64,000 nucleotides of DNA from Verrucomicrobiota bacterium (GCA_039815375.1 JBCBZJ010000005.1:64001-128000), one strand, 5' to 3'. Positions 1-10,222 are shown, counted from the first letter of the stretch. The notes: generated by a model not told the origin, from the sequence alone. Numbers and translations: made by a program.

Positions 1-2
1 GT

Positions 3-470
3 ATCGTTCTTGTGCCAGCTGCGTCGCCGCTCATGTTCATGCTTTTTCTTGGTAACTTCATGCGCGAATGTGGCGTTGTCGATCGTCTGAGTAAGGCTGC
101 ACAAAATGAGATCATCAATATTGTAACCGTCTTTCTTGGTGTCAGTGTCGGTATTACCATGGATGGCCACTACTTCCTGACTGCGCAGACACTTGGCATC
201 CTGGCCCTTGGTGTGTTGGCATTCGCTCTGGCGACTGCCTCAGGCATCTGGATGGCAAAGCTCCTGAACCTCTTTTCCAAAAACAAGATCAATCCGCTTA
301 TTGGCTCAGCGGGTGTGAGCGCTGTGCCTATGGCTGCTCGTGTTAGCCAGGTCGAAGGGCAGAAAGCCGACCCCGGAAACTTTCTCCTGATGCATGCAAT
401 GGGGCCAAACGTTGCTGGCGTCATCGGCACCGCGCTTGTGGCGGGTTTTTTTATGACAGTGCTTGGCTAG
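3..470 (+). CDS. oadB: Na+-translocating decarboxylase beta subunit (OadB/MmdB family), 5'-truncated by the window edge
   Basis: Hydrophobic helices with family motifs [19 protein letters not shown] and [15 protein letters not shown]. The frame is open to the left edge. Confidence 0.93.
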   Translation: MVLVPAASPLMFMLFLGNFMRECGVVDRLSKAAQNEIINIVTVFLGVSVGITMDGHYFLTAQTLGILALGVLAFALATASGIWMAKLLNLFSKNKINPLIGSAGVSAVPMAARVSQVEGQKADPGNFLLMHAMGPNVAGVIGTALVAGFFMTVLG

Positions 471-516
471 TTGATGTATCTAAAATATAAATACAAAATC
501 GAAAATTAATACCGTT

Positions 517-2031
517 ATGTTGAGCACAACTGAAATTCCAGAGATGACTGCCGATGAGGCAGCTGCACTGATTAACGACGGTGATACAATTGGATTCAGC
601 GGTTTTACTCCTGCTGGTGCCGCTAAAGAAATCCCCAAGGCTATCGCCAAGAAGGCAAATGCCGAGCACCGGGCGGGTAAGTCTTTTAAAATCGGCGTGG
701 TCACCGGCGCGTCGACTGGAGACAGTCTGGACGGGGAGCTGGCACGGGCAAACGCGGTGCTTTTCCGCACACCATACCAAAGCGACAAGTTCCTTCGCGC
801 GCAGATCAATAAGGGCGAGACGCATTTCTTTGATATGCACCTTTCTATGCTCCCGCAGGCCGCGCGCTACGGATTTCTAGGTAACGTAAAATTCGCGGTT
901 ATAGAAGCAGCCTCTGTCAGTGCTGATGGTGAGATCGTACTCAGCACCAGCGTCGGTGCGACGAACACATTTTGTAATGTAGCCGACAAAATTCTTATTG
1001 AGCTTAATGATCAACACCCGCCTGAATTGAATGGTTTGCACGACATTTACGAGCCGCTCGATCCACCGTATCGGAGGGAGATTCCCGTCTACAAGGCCAG
1101 CGAGCGCATTGGTTCTCCGGTGTTGAAAGTCGACCCTGCCAAGATCGCAGGTATTGTTAGAACCAGTGCGCAGGATGAAGTAGGTGTATTCAAGAAAACC
1201 GATCCTGTTACTCAGAAGATCGGAGAAAACGTGGCTGATTTCCTGGCTGAAGAGCTCAAGGCCGGGCGCATCCCGAAAGAGTTTTTGCCGATCCAATCCG
1301 GGGTCGGGAATATCGCCAATGCGGTGTTGGGTGCTCTTGGCTCCAACGATGCGATCCCTCCCTTTGAAATGTATTCCGAAGTGATTCAGGACAGTGTTGT
1401 TGACCTGATGAAGAGTGGCGACATCAAGTTTGGTAGTGCCACTTCTCTGACTCTTTCACCTCCGGTTCTCAAGCAAGTTTATGAAGACCTTGAGTTCTTC
1501 AAAGATCGCATCCTGCTGCGCCCGCAGGAGATCTCCAATCACCCGGAAATTGTGCGCCGCTTGGGTATCATTTCCATCAACACGGCGATCGAGGCCGACA
1601 TCTGGGGCAACATTAACTCCACTCATGTGATGGGCTGCAATCTCATGAACGGCATCGGCGGTTCGGGTGACTTCACCCGTAATGCCTACATTTCCATTTT
1701 CACTTGTCCATCCACCGCGAAGGGTGGGGCGATTAGCACTATTGTGCCGATGGTCGCTCACCTCGACCACAGTGAACATAGCGTGCAGGTCATTATTACC
1801 GAGCAAGGTATTGCCGACCTTCGTGGGAAGGACCCGATTGAACGTGCTCGAGAAATTGTCGATAACTGCGCCCATCCCGATTATCGTGGTCAGCTACATG
1901 ACTATTTTGGCGATGTGAAAGACGGTCATACTCCGCAAACGCTTCGCACTGCGTTCGCCATGCACGAAGCTTTCATGGAAAAGAAAGACATGCGTGGTGT
2001 CGACTGGAGTAGTAAATACAGTAGTTCGTAG
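517..2031 (+). CDS. Succinate CoA-transferase / acetyl-CoA hydrolase family (ScpC/AarC/Ach1-like)
   Basis: Motifs GFSGFTPAG, QSGVGNIANAV, YSEVIQD (catalytic Glu), NGIGGSGDFTRNA, ITEQGIADLRG. Confidence 0.93.
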   Translation: MLSTTEIPEMTADEAAALINDGDTIGFSGFTPAGAAKEIPKAIAKKANAEHRAGKSFKIGVVTGASTGDSLDGELARANAVLFRTPYQSDKFLRAQINKGETHFFDMHLSMLPQAARYGFLGNVKFAVIEAASVSADGEIVLSTSVGATNTFCNVADKILIELNDQHPPELNGLHDIYEPLDPPYRREIPVYKASERIGSPVLKVDPAKIAGIVRTSAQDEVGVFKKTDPVTQKIGENVADFLAEELKAGRIPKEFLPIQSGVGNIANAVLGALGSNDAIPPFEMYSEVIQDSVVDLMKSGDIKFGSATSLTLSPPVLKQVYEDLEFFKDRILLRPQEISNHPEIVRRLGIISINTAIEADIWGNINSTHVMGCNLMNGIGGSGDFTRNAYISIFTCPSTAKGGAISTIVPMVAHLDHSEHSVQVIITEQGIADLRGKDPIERAREIVDNCAHPDYRGQLHDYFGDVKDGHTPQTLRTAFAMHEAFMEKKDMRGVDWSSKYSSS

Positions 2032-2144
2032 ATCATTTATTTGAATCATAGACTAGCAAAGATTAGCCTTCTGTTAGATTGATCCGTGCGCATCAGCAGT
2101 ATGTTTTTTTCATTCTGAATTCATCTTCAAGGCCAAGATCAACT

Positions 2145-3110
2145 GTGCGCAACCTGCCTGATATCGACCAACTTGTTGAAGGCGTTCTTGCTGGTGACCG
2201 GGCCGTGCTAGCCAAAGCGATTACGCTCGTCGAGAGTCGAGCGACCAGGCATGTTCCGCTGGCGCGCGAGTTGATTAGAAGGATCCTTCCGCATAGCGGG
2301 GGCGCCCTACGTATCGGTCTTACTGGCACCCCTGGTGCAGGAAAAAGCACTTTTATCGAAGCGATGGGGCTCTATCTCTGTGGTCTTGGAAAGAAGATTG
2401 CCGTGCTCGCTGTTGATCCGAGCAGCTCAATAACGGGTGGTAGCATTCTTGGCGACAAAACCCGTATGGAAGAACTCTGCCGCGAGGAAAACGTCTTTAT
2501 ACGGCCTTCACCTTCGGGCGATTCGCTTGGCGGTGTCGCGGCACGAACCCGGGAAGCCTTGCTCGTCTGTGAAGCGGCAGGTTATGGTGTGATTCTGGTC
2601 GAGACTGTTGGTGTTGGTCAGAGTGAAACCGCAGTCCGCACAATGACCGATTTCTTTTTATTGCTGCAGATCTCCGGTGGTGGTGACGAGTTGCAGGGTA
2701 TTAAGAAGGGTGTGATCGAGCTTGCTGATGCCATCGTCGTCAACAAAGCCGATGGCGAGAACAGAGTCCGTGCCCGTCAGGCCTGCGTTCAGTTTACCCG
2801 TGTGATGCAGGTGCTGCAACCTTTCACCTCCGGATGGACACCAAAAGCCTTAACCTGTTCTGCGCTCGAAAGAGAAGGTATCGAAGAGATTTGGAATCTC
2901 ATTCTCCGGTTCCGTGATCAGCTGAACGAGAGCGGGGTGTTTGAACAACGTCGTCGCGCGCAGAGCATCGACTGGTTCCGCTCACTCTTGCATCAATCGG
3001 TCATCAACCGCTTCATAGCCGAAAACAAGGAGCGTATTCAAAATATGGAGACGGCTATAGAACGTATTGAGCTGCCGGTGAGTAGTGCATTGGACGAATT
3101 ATTGAAATGA
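2145..3110 (+). CDS. meaB: Methylmalonyl-CoA mutase-associated GTPase MeaB/ArgK
   Basis: GLTGTPGAGKST, VDPSS..GGSILGDKTRM, ETVGVGQSE, VNKAD. Start placed at in-frame GTG 2145 (ORF open from 2079). Confidence 0.93.
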   Translation: MRNLPDIDQLVEGVLAGDRAVLAKAITLVESRATRHVPLARELIRRILPHSGGALRIGLTGTPGAGKSTFIEAMGLYLCGLGKKIAVLAVDPSSSITGGSILGDKTRMEELCREENVFIRPSPSGDSLGGVAARTREALLVCEAAGYGVILVETVGVGQSETAVRTMTDFFLLLQISGGGDELQGIKKGVIELADAIVVNKADGENRVRARQACVQFTRVMQVLQPFTSGWTPKALTCSALEREGIEEIWNLILRFRDQLNESGVFEQRRRAQSIDWFRSLLHQSVINRFIAENKERIQNMETAIERIELPVSSALDELLK

Positions 3111-3674
3111 GCGCCTCGCGTTCGAATGGGTTTCGCGATCAATAATGGATCGGATCTCCTTGGCGAGTGGCAGCGCATCGGTGTATTGCTTCCCGTAATC
3201 GAGGTTGAAGGCGTAGTCGAATCCCTCCGGGTTTTTGCCCTGATTGTGTTGAATAAGTGTTTCGATTTTATCGAAGGCCTTGGCGATGCGAGCTTCTGTT
3301 GATTCGACATTTTCGTATTCGTCCCAGAGCGAGAGAAATTCCGTCTGCATTGTATCCGGTAATACATCTAAAAGAGATCTGAAATCGTTTCGCTCTTTAT
3401 CGGATTTAGGAGCTGTCGCGTCCTGTTCAGGAGCCGGTATATCGCCATCAATCGCCTCCCCGAGATCATGGAGAATACAGATCTTGAGCAGCTTCAGCAG
3501 GTCGATGCCTTCCAGCGCATCGGAAAAGACAAGAATCAATAGCGTCAGGCGCCAGGTGTGCTCCGCTACACTCTCTGGTCGGCCTTCAGTGGTGTGTGCA
3601 CTACGAAGTGTATCTTTAAGGCGTTCAGCGCTTTGTATGAACTTCAGGCGTCTCAGATATTCGATTTCTTCCAT
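3099..3674 (-). CDS. HD-domain phosphohydrolase (YfbR/HDDC2-like)
   Basis: ESVAEHTWR...ILHDLGEA...DKIE pattern typical of the HD_3 family. Confidence 0.88.
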   Translation of the reverse strand: MEEIEYLRRLKFIQSAERLKDTLRSAHTTEGRPESVAEHTWRLTLLILVFSDALEGIDLLKLLKICILHDLGEAIDGDIPAPEQDATAPKSDKERNDFRSLLDVLPDTMQTEFLSLWDEYENVESTEARIAKAFDKIETLIQHNQGKNPEGFDYAFNLDYGKQYTDALPLAKEIRSIIDRETHSNARRSFQ

Positions 3675-3755
3675 TCTGTAAGGTATTGGCTGGCAGGTTT
3701 TGAAACGACTTGTGGTGCAGAACGAATCCTGCGTTCTCTCTTCTCACGCGTCATG

Positions 3756-5384
3756 CTACTGGGCTTTGGTTTTGGTGTGGTTCTTATTTGGCATTGGGCC
3801 GGCCATGGGAGGTGTTTCGAAGAAGCGCCCATCATCTATCAAACGCGGGTCTTCGGTCTCGGCGAGCTCGGTCATCAATTGTTTTCGGAGCGCTGTCACA
3901 ACCGACGCGTATGCCGGATCGGCGGCGAGATTTTCCATTTGGTCCGGATCTTTATTAAGGTCGAAGAGTTCTTCGCGAGGGCGTTTACCATAGGCGTTTT
4001 CAAAGAAGGGTTTCACTGCGGTATCATTTCGATTACTCACGATCCAGGCTTTAGTTGGACCGGCGTCCTCGTCCGGTAGCGTGACGAAGGTATTCATGGT
4101 CAGTTGCTCAACACTTGGCTCAGGTCCCGACTCCAGCCCATATGGATCGCCAAGGGGAAAACGGTCAGGTTTGAAGTTGATAACAAATAGGTAGTCCTTG
4201 GTCCTGATGGCTCTTTGGGGATAGGGTAGCATTCCAGCGCGTGCTTTTGCTACGTGCCGTTCTCGGCCTAAGAAAACGCTAGTTCGTTTCTTGTCGACCA
4301 AGCCGCTCTCTTCCGACTCCAAGGTCGGCCAGATCGATTGGCTGGTCATCACCTCAGGAGGGTCGACTTTTCCAGCTTGAAGAAAGGTTGCGGCAAGATC
4401 CGGTAAAGAAACAAAATCATCGACAATACGGCCACCTTGGACTCCGGGCCCTTTGATCGCGAGCGATACCCGTGTGCCGAAATCATAGAGATTACACTTT
4501 CCGTGAGGAAAACCTGCAGGTCCGTGGTCGCCTGAGATCGCGATCAGTGTATTTTTGTATTCGCCGGTTCGTTTCAGTTCCTCAACGAGAATGCCGAGTG
4601 CCATGTCGAAGGCCATTGCTTCGCCCAGATAATCGGCTAAATCCTGCCTTATTTCGTGAACATCAGGGAGAAAGGCAGGCATCTTGCCTTCGAGCTCGTC
4701 GGGATCAATTTTCCAGAGTGCCTTTCCCGAACCTCTAGTCCACTTCCTATGAACGTTTGTGGGACCAAACCAATAGGCAAAGGGTTGACTGTCTTTACGG
4801 GCTGCGAGCATGCCGCGGAAGTTTCGGCGAATTTCTTCCCCCATTACTTCTTTGGCTTCAGCAAGAGACATGTCTTCTGCTATCAACCTTGTGACCGACT
4901 GTGAGAAGTTGTTGTATCTTCTTCCGCCCTTAACGTGAGCATGTTTCGACGGATAGAAAGGTGCGTTAATAGGACGGCCTGGCCCCCAAACTTTCCATGT
5001 GTAGGCGATGTGGTATCCATTCTTTTCAAGCAGAATAGGCCAAGACTGAAGCGAATCATCCCAAACTGCACCTTGGAGAATTGATGCTGTTCCGGTGCGC
5101 CAGAAATGCTGACCGGTGAGGATGGAGCTGCGGCAAGGTGTGCAGGAAGGAGCGTTTACGAAGGCGTTCGTGAAGAGAACTCCTTCGGCTGCGAGTGCGT
5201 CAAAATTCGGCGTTCGGATCGCGTCATTGATGGTTCCCGATCCGTCAAGCTTGGCGTAGATTGACGCATGCCGCCCCCAGTCATCAGCGAAGGCAAAAAG
5301 GATATTCGGGCGCTCCTGAGTCCATCCGATTGAAGCAGCGAGCGATGTAAAGAGGATAAGTAATTTGTGAAGGAAACGGCACAT
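3756..5384 (-). CDS. Exported formylglycine-dependent sulfatase
   Basis: N-terminal signal peptide, PNILFAFADD, CTPCR (CxPxR) followed by SSILTG, GDHG, ELFDLNKDP. Confidence 0.93.
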   Translation of the reverse strand: MCRFLHKLLILFTSLAASIGWTQERPNILFAFADDWGRHASIYAKLDGSGTINDAIRTPNFDALAAEGVLFTNAFVNAPSCTPCRSSILTGQHFWRTGTASILQGAVWDDSLQSWPILLEKNGYHIAYTWKVWGPGRPINAPFYPSKHAHVKGGRRYNNFSQSVTRLIAEDMSLAEAKEVMGEEIRRNFRGMLAARKDSQPFAYWFGPTNVHRKWTRGSGKALWKIDPDELEGKMPAFLPDVHEIRQDLADYLGEAMAFDMALGILVEELKRTGEYKNTLIAISGDHGPAGFPHGKCNLYDFGTRVSLAIKGPGVQGGRIVDDFVSLPDLAATFLQAGKVDPPEVMTSQSIWPTLESEESGLVDKKRTSVFLGRERHVAKARAGMLPYPQRAIRTKDYLFVINFKPDRFPLGDPYGLESGPEPSVEQLTMNTFVTLPDEDAGPTKAWIVSNRNDTAVKPFFENAYGKRPREELFDLNKDPDQMENLAADPAYASVVTALRKQLMTELAETEDPRLIDDGRFFETPPMAGPMPNKNHTKTKAQ

Positions 5385-5408
5385 GTGGAACGCTCCGCTT
5401 ACTCTCTT

Positions 5409-6005
5409 TCAGCTAAGCGCTATTTTGATTAGCGCTTCAGTTGTGGCTTCTCCGCCGAGTTGATTGGTGGCCTTTCGGACGAGCTTATCAGCGTCGGCAG
5501 GCTTGTAGCCAAGGATCATGAGACTGCTGACGGCATCCTGAAAGGCGCTGGGCTCCGTTGAGGAAGACGCATTGCTTGCAACAGCTTCGCTTGAAGTCGG
5601 CAAGCCAACCTTATCCTTAAGCTCAATGACAAGTCGCTCCGCGGTTTTCTTGCCGATGCCTGGGCACTTTGCGAGTAGGGCGACATCGGAACCGGCGATA
5701 GCGCTGCGAAGCAGTTCGGGTGACATGCGGCTTAGCATACTGATCGCGATCTTAGGGCCGATGCCGGATACTTTTTCGACTAGCAGTCGAAAGAAATCGC
5801 GGTCGTCGCGAGTGGCAAAGCCATAGAGTGTAGCGTTGTCCTCACGGTAGACTGCGTGGATAAAAAGACGACACTCCTGACCAGTCTGTGGGATCTTTTC
5901 GGCAGTCGTGATAGGGATGTTGACCTCGTAGCCAACGCCGCCTGCTTCAATCACGACTTGTAGCGGAGTGCTTTCGAGAACGGTGCCTTTTAGACGGGAA
6001 ATCAT
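5409..6005 (-). CDS. ruvA: Holliday junction branch migration protein RuvA
   Basis: MISRLKG start, GVGYEV, LYGF, HhH motifs VSGIGPKIA and PGIGKKTAERL, C-terminal LGY. Confidence 0.95.
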   Translation of the reverse strand: MISRLKGTVLESTPLQVVIEAGGVGYEVNIPITTAEKIPQTGQECRLFIHAVYREDNATLYGFATRDDRDFFRLLVEKVSGIGPKIAISMLSRMSPELLRSAIAGSDVALLAKCPGIGKKTAERLVIELKDKVGLPTSSEAVASNASSSTEPSAFQDAVSSLMILGYKPADADKLVRKATNQLGGEATTEALIKIALS

Positions 6006-6086
6006 GTGTTGGAAGCATTCATGAATCACAGATTACACGGATCTATCCATGCATGTTTTACTCTGTGTTTATCTTTGGTTGATTAT

Positions 6087-6824
6087 TTAGTTGGTGAGTC
6101 CGAGCACGTCTTCCATATTGTAAATAGCAGGCACTTTGCCAACAGCCCAGTGGGCGGCGCGGACGGCACCTTGGGCAAAAATCTTTCGGTCTGTCGCCTT
6201 GTGGGTGAGCTCAATGCGTTCGCCGTCGCCAATGAAATAGACGGTGTGTTCGCCGACGATATCGCCGCCGCGGATGGCATGGACGCCGATCTCTTTCTCC
6301 GGACGTGCGCCGATCAGGCCTTCGCGGCCGTGAATGACATTTTCGTCGGTATAGGCGTAGGCATCTTTCAGGATTTGAATGAGTCGCTCGGCCGTGCCGC
6401 TCGGTGCATCTTTCTTGTGACGGTGATGCATTTCCATTACCTCAGGCTCATACTTATCGCTGAGGATTCCGGCAGCCTTACGGGTCAGGTAATTCAAGGT
6501 ATTGACGCCGACCGAGTAGTTGCCTGCCCAGACAACAGGAATCTTTCCCTCAACGGCAGTGAGAATTGCACTGCGTTCTTGCGGTGTGTGGCCCGTAGTC
6601 CCGATGACGAGGGGTAGGTTGTTCTCGGCGGCAAGCGCAGCGATTCCGGCCGTTGCTTCGTGGAAGCTGAAGTCGATAACCGCTTCACATTCGACAATCG
6701 CTGCAGACGCGTCGTCGCCCGCATCGCAGGCAGCAGCAATGACAGCATCGTTGGCTTCGGCGTGGTCGGCAATGGCGATGCCCATACGACCTCTGGACCC
6801 GTTGAGTAGTATTTTGAGCGGCAT
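6087..6824 (-). CDS. dapB: 4-hydroxy-tetrahydrodipicolinate reductase
   Basis: GRMG, VIGTTG, EMHHRHKKDAPSGTA, RGGDIVGEH. Confidence 0.96.
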   Translation of the reverse strand: MPLKILLNGSRGRMGIAIADHAEANDAVIAAACDAGDDASAAIVECEAVIDFSFHEATAGIAALAAENNLPLVIGTTGHTPQERSAILTAVEGKIPVVWAGNYSVGVNTLNYLTRKAAGILSDKYEPEVMEMHHRHKKDAPSGTAERLIQILKDAYAYTDENVIHGREGLIGARPEKEIGVHAIRGGDIVGEHTVYFIGDGERIELTHKATDRKIFAQGAVRAAHWAVGKVPAIYNMEDVLGLTN

Positions 6825-6826
6825 AG

Positions 6827-7717
6827 TTAGACGAGGCTGAGTTCAGCCATAAGCGCGTCGAGTATGGCGCGTGTCTCCGGCGTGAGTTGAGCGAGAGGGA
6901 GGCGGACTTCGTCGGATACGATGACACCGGCTTTTTGCAGGCAATACTTGATCGGCACAGGATTAGGCTCGAGGAAGATGGCCTTGAAGAAAGGATAATA
7001 TCTAAGGAAAGCTTCGCGTGCTGCGGCAAAGTCGTTGCGATTGGCTGCGGCAACGAGCTCAACCAGCGGGCCAACGATGAGATTGGATGCAACGCTGATG
7101 ACCCCAGTGGCACCCGCAGACATAAATGGCAGAATGAGTCCGTCGTCGCCGCTCATGACAGCGTAGTCGGGCCCAAGAGCGCGCACGTATTCGATGACTT
7201 TTGCACTCGAGCCCTCAGCCGCCTTCATGCAGCAAACATGTGGATACTTCTCATAGAGGCGGGCAGTCACGTCGACCGAGATCTCAATGCCGCATCGGGA
7301 AGGGATCGAGTAGAGGACGATTGGTTTTTCCGTGACTTCCGCAACGGCGCTAAAGTGCTGAAAAAGTCCTTCCTGGTTCGGCTTGTTATAATAAGGAGCA
7401 ACCACGAGAAATCCGTCCGCACCGGCCGCCTCGGCTTGCTTTGTCAGCTCAACAGCTTCGACGGTTGAGTTTGAACCTGTGCCTGCGATGACAGGGACTA
7501 CGCCGTTGGCTGCGTCTACAGTGGCGCGGACGACTTCGATATGCTCCTGATGATTCAGCGTCGGCGATTCACCTGTCGTGCCCATTGAGACGAGGCCGTT
7601 GATACCGTCTTTTATTTGATTCGTCACGAGCGACTCCAGTCCTTGGAAATCGACTCCTCCGTCGCGCATCGGTGTCGCGAGGGCGGTGAAAACGCCGGAA
7701 AATTGGTTTGAGTTCAT
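6827..7717 (-). CDS. dapA: 4-hydroxy-tetrahydrodipicolinate synthase
   Basis: GTTGESPTL, IAGTGSNST, PYYNKP, EPNPVPIK. Adjacent to dapB. Confidence 0.96.
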   Translation of the reverse strand: MNSNQFSGVFTALATPMRDGGVDFQGLESLVTNQIKDGINGLVSMGTTGESPTLNHQEHIEVVRATVDAANGVVPVIAGTGSNSTVEAVELTKQAEAAGADGFLVVAPYYNKPNQEGLFQHFSAVAEVTEKPIVLYSIPSRCGIEISVDVTARLYEKYPHVCCMKAAEGSSAKVIEYVRALGPDYAVMSGDDGLILPFMSAGATGVISVASNLIVGPLVELVAAANRNDFAAAREAFLRYYPFFKAIFLEPNPVPIKYCLQKAGVIVSDEVRLPLAQLTPETRAILDALMAELSLV

Positions 7718-7828
7718 GTTATCTTCAAAAAAGGATGTAAAAACAGGTGCAGATACGATTTCTCCCTAGCAGGTCCATAAGGTTCTGACTATTCAACAGA
7801 AAAATTTTTTCATCAATTACCACCTTTT

Positions 7829-8929
7829 ATGGCAGTCCTTGAAACAATACATGGTCTTCTGACTCTTGCGGTTGAGAATGGAGCCAGTGATATTCATATC
7901 AAATCGAACAAGCCGGCCTTCCTTCGATTAAGCGGACGCCTTGAGCCTGTCGAGATGGAGCCGATATCGCCGGAGGATGTGCAGGAGTTTATTGAGCAGA
8001 GTGTTCCTGAGCAGTTTTTTGAGGAATGGCAAAATAACCGGCAGGTCGACTATTCCTATCGGGTCGAGAATATTGGCCGTTTTCGTGTAAACGGATTCCT
8101 CCAACGTGGTATTCCAAGTGTGGTGATGCGCCATGTTAATGACCATCCACCTACTTTTGAGGACTTGAATATTGACGGGGGAACGTTGACGAATCTTTGT
8201 CGGGAGAAGGACGGTATCGTCCTTCTCTGCGGTGCTACGGGTTCTGGTAAGAGTTCTACGCTTGCTGCGATGATCAATCACATCAATCGGAACTACGATA
8301 AGCATATTGTTACGCTCGAGGATCCGATTGAGTTTACCTATACAGATGCGCAATCGATCATCAATCAACGCGAGGTCGGCATCGACTGTCCGGATTTTGC
8401 ATCCGGCATGAAAGCAGTGCTCCGCCAAGATCCCGATGTTATTCTGGTCGGTGAGATGCGGGACAAGCACACGTTCGAAACCGCACTACAAGCTTCCGAA
8501 ACGGGCCACCTTGTTTTTGGCACACTCCACGCCTCAAATGCGCAGCAGGCGATCCAGCGCCTTTTTGAATTTTTCCCGGAAGAACGCCGCGTCGCGCTTC
8601 AGAGGCAGATTGCGTCCGCCCTTTGCGCCACAATTACGCAGAAGTTATTGCCTGCTCTGGAGGGGGGAGGGCGTTATCCCGTTTCGGAATCATTCATTCT
8701 CGATTCCCTCGCACGTAAGACGATTATGGAGGGTAACTTTGAGAAAATTGAGGCTGTTATCGAAGCGAATGAAGACAATGGTTCGAAGACTTTTAATCAG
8801 GATCTGTATCGCTTGGTTAAAGCTGGTTTAATTACTCGTGACGATGCTCTTAGCAATTCGCCAAACCCGCGTCAGTTGGAAATGAACCTCAAGGGGATCT
8901 TTCTCAGCAGCGGTGGCATTGTGAACTAA
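7829..8929 (+). CDS. pilT: PilT/PilU-family type IV pilus retraction ATPase
   Basis: ASDIHI, Walker A GATGSGKSST, TLEDPIEF, LRQDPDVILVGEMRD, His box TGHLVFGTLH. Confidence 0.9.
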   Translation: MAVLETIHGLLTLAVENGASDIHIKSNKPAFLRLSGRLEPVEMEPISPEDVQEFIEQSVPEQFFEEWQNNRQVDYSYRVENIGRFRVNGFLQRGIPSVVMRHVNDHPPTFEDLNIDGGTLTNLCREKDGIVLLCGATGSGKSSTLAAMINHINRNYDKHIVTLEDPIEFTYTDAQSIINQREVGIDCPDFASGMKAVLRQDPDVILVGEMRDKHTFETALQASETGHLVFGTLHASNAQQAIQRLFEFFPEERRVALQRQIASALCATITQKLLPALEGGGRYPVSESFILDSLARKTIMEGNFEKIEAVIEANEDNGSKTFNQDLYRLVKAGLITRDDALSNSPNPRQLEMNLKGIFLSSGGIVN

Positions 8930-9810
8930 GCTTCCAGCACTTGCTCCAAACGCTGGATGAGTTCGCCTCGCAGAGGCATCGCTTCATCGCTTAGAATACG
9001 TTGGCGCTCTTCGTATATCTTTCGGCCGGCTGCGGTTTCGATTTGTACAGCCTCATAGCCGAGCGAGCGGCAATCGTAGGGACTGGCCTGCATGTCGAGC
9101 TGACGGGCGCGAACTGCCAACTCAAAGCACTGCCATAGCAATTCCGATCCGATCCAAGGCATGCATTGTCCGGATAGCTTATACAGGTCCATATTGGTGT
9201 GGAGGCAGCCGCACTGCTCGTTACTGATCCGTTCTGATTTAGTTGGCTGAATGCGGTTCATTGGCTGGGCACCTCGGCTGAAGAACCTAAAGGCGTCGAA
9301 GTGGCTGCAACTGATCGGTCGGCTGCGCACAAAAGCATCGATTTCCTCTTGAGAAAGACGAAGTGGTAAATTCTCGGCATGCCGTATCTCTCCACCAGTA
9401 TCTCCACGATAGACCATGGCCCATTCATGGACCCCAAAACAACCGTATTGTGGGGGACGACTGGCAATAGAGCGAGAAAGACGGAGTGCCATTTTCAAGC
9501 GGTGCTTCGTTGCCTGTTCCATCTGGTTAATATCCAAAGAACGGATCCGACCTGTTGTGGTGTAGTATCGCGATTGATAGCTGGGTTCCTCGTCGGCGTC
9601 CTCTAGTTCGCAGTCGAAACCAGGGTGCCAGCTTTCGAGCTGCGAGGCTTTCACCCGGTAGTATATGAAAAGAAAGTCAAGGATCGGATGAAGCGATCTA
9701 TTCGCCCTCCTTTCTCTGAAAGGTTCGGTCCATTCCTGCGCTCGTTTCAAGTGGCGAGCAGTTCGTTCTTGCCAGACATTTTTCTGCAAAGTTGTGACTG
9801 CTTCTAGCAT
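8926..9810 (-). CDS. Conserved Cys/His-rich protein of uncertain function (family often auto-labelled '3-methyladenine DNA glycosylase')
   Basis: Blocks HPILDFLFIYY, GCFGVHEWAMVY, CSHFDAFRFF, EQCGCLHTNMDLYK, LDMQASPYD. Family recognised from memory; function not established. Confidence 0.7.
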   Translation of the reverse strand: MLEAVTTLQKNVWQERTARHLKRAQEWTEPFRERRANRSLHPILDFLFIYYRVKASQLESWHPGFDCELEDADEEPSYQSRYYTTTGRIRSLDINQMEQATKHRLKMALRLSRSIASRPPQYGCFGVHEWAMVYRGDTGGEIRHAENLPLRLSQEEIDAFVRSRPISCSHFDAFRFFSRGAQPMNRIQPTKSERISNEQCGCLHTNMDLYKLSGQCMPWIGSELLWQCFELAVRARQLDMQASPYDCRSLGYEAVQIETAAGRKIYEERQRILSDEAMPLRGELIQRLEQVLEA

Positions 9811-9927
9811 CTTTGATTTAACTATGAATCGTTGATTATGAGATCGAATTCTTTTGTTTGGTAAGCGCCAACGTTTCTCCTTCAGCAAGTCAGTAAGAAA
9901 ATTAGGTTGGTCTGTTATTTAAGTAAT

Positions 9928-10028
9928 ATTACGTATTAATATACGAAAAAAAGTTTATTGAGTTCAAATTAAGAAACCAGATGTGAAAACATAAGGAGGG
10001 TATTTTCTTCATTTTTCATTACGTATTA
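9928..10028. promoter_or_regulatory. Two exact copies of ATTACGTATTA (9928-9938, 10018-10028) in an AT-rich divergent promoter region
   Basis: Read directly. The copies start 90 bp apart; the ACGT core is near-palindromic. Confidence 0.5.
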
Positions 10029-10222
10029 TAAGGGTATTTTTTCAGGCCTTATACTCATTTTTCCTCTATATTTGCTACTTTGACCCTATTAGTATAGCGG
10101 TCGGTTTAAGAAAGTGTAAAAAAACCACCGCTGGTGCATTGCGTCTTTACGCATATATGGCTTGCAAGGCATAAAGTAAGGCGTGAAGGGCTAAATCGGT
10201 TCTCTCACAAAACCCCTTACAC

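Noticed and set aside
9811..10222. AT-rich region as oriC or parS locus
   Set aside because: No DnaA-box cluster (TTATCCACA), no parS palindrome, and no dnaA/dnaN/gidA nearby.
10096..10222. Known riboswitch in the leader of the pseudokinase unit
   Set aside because: Some stems are possible, but I recognise no c-di-GMP, SAM, TPP or cobalamin consensus.
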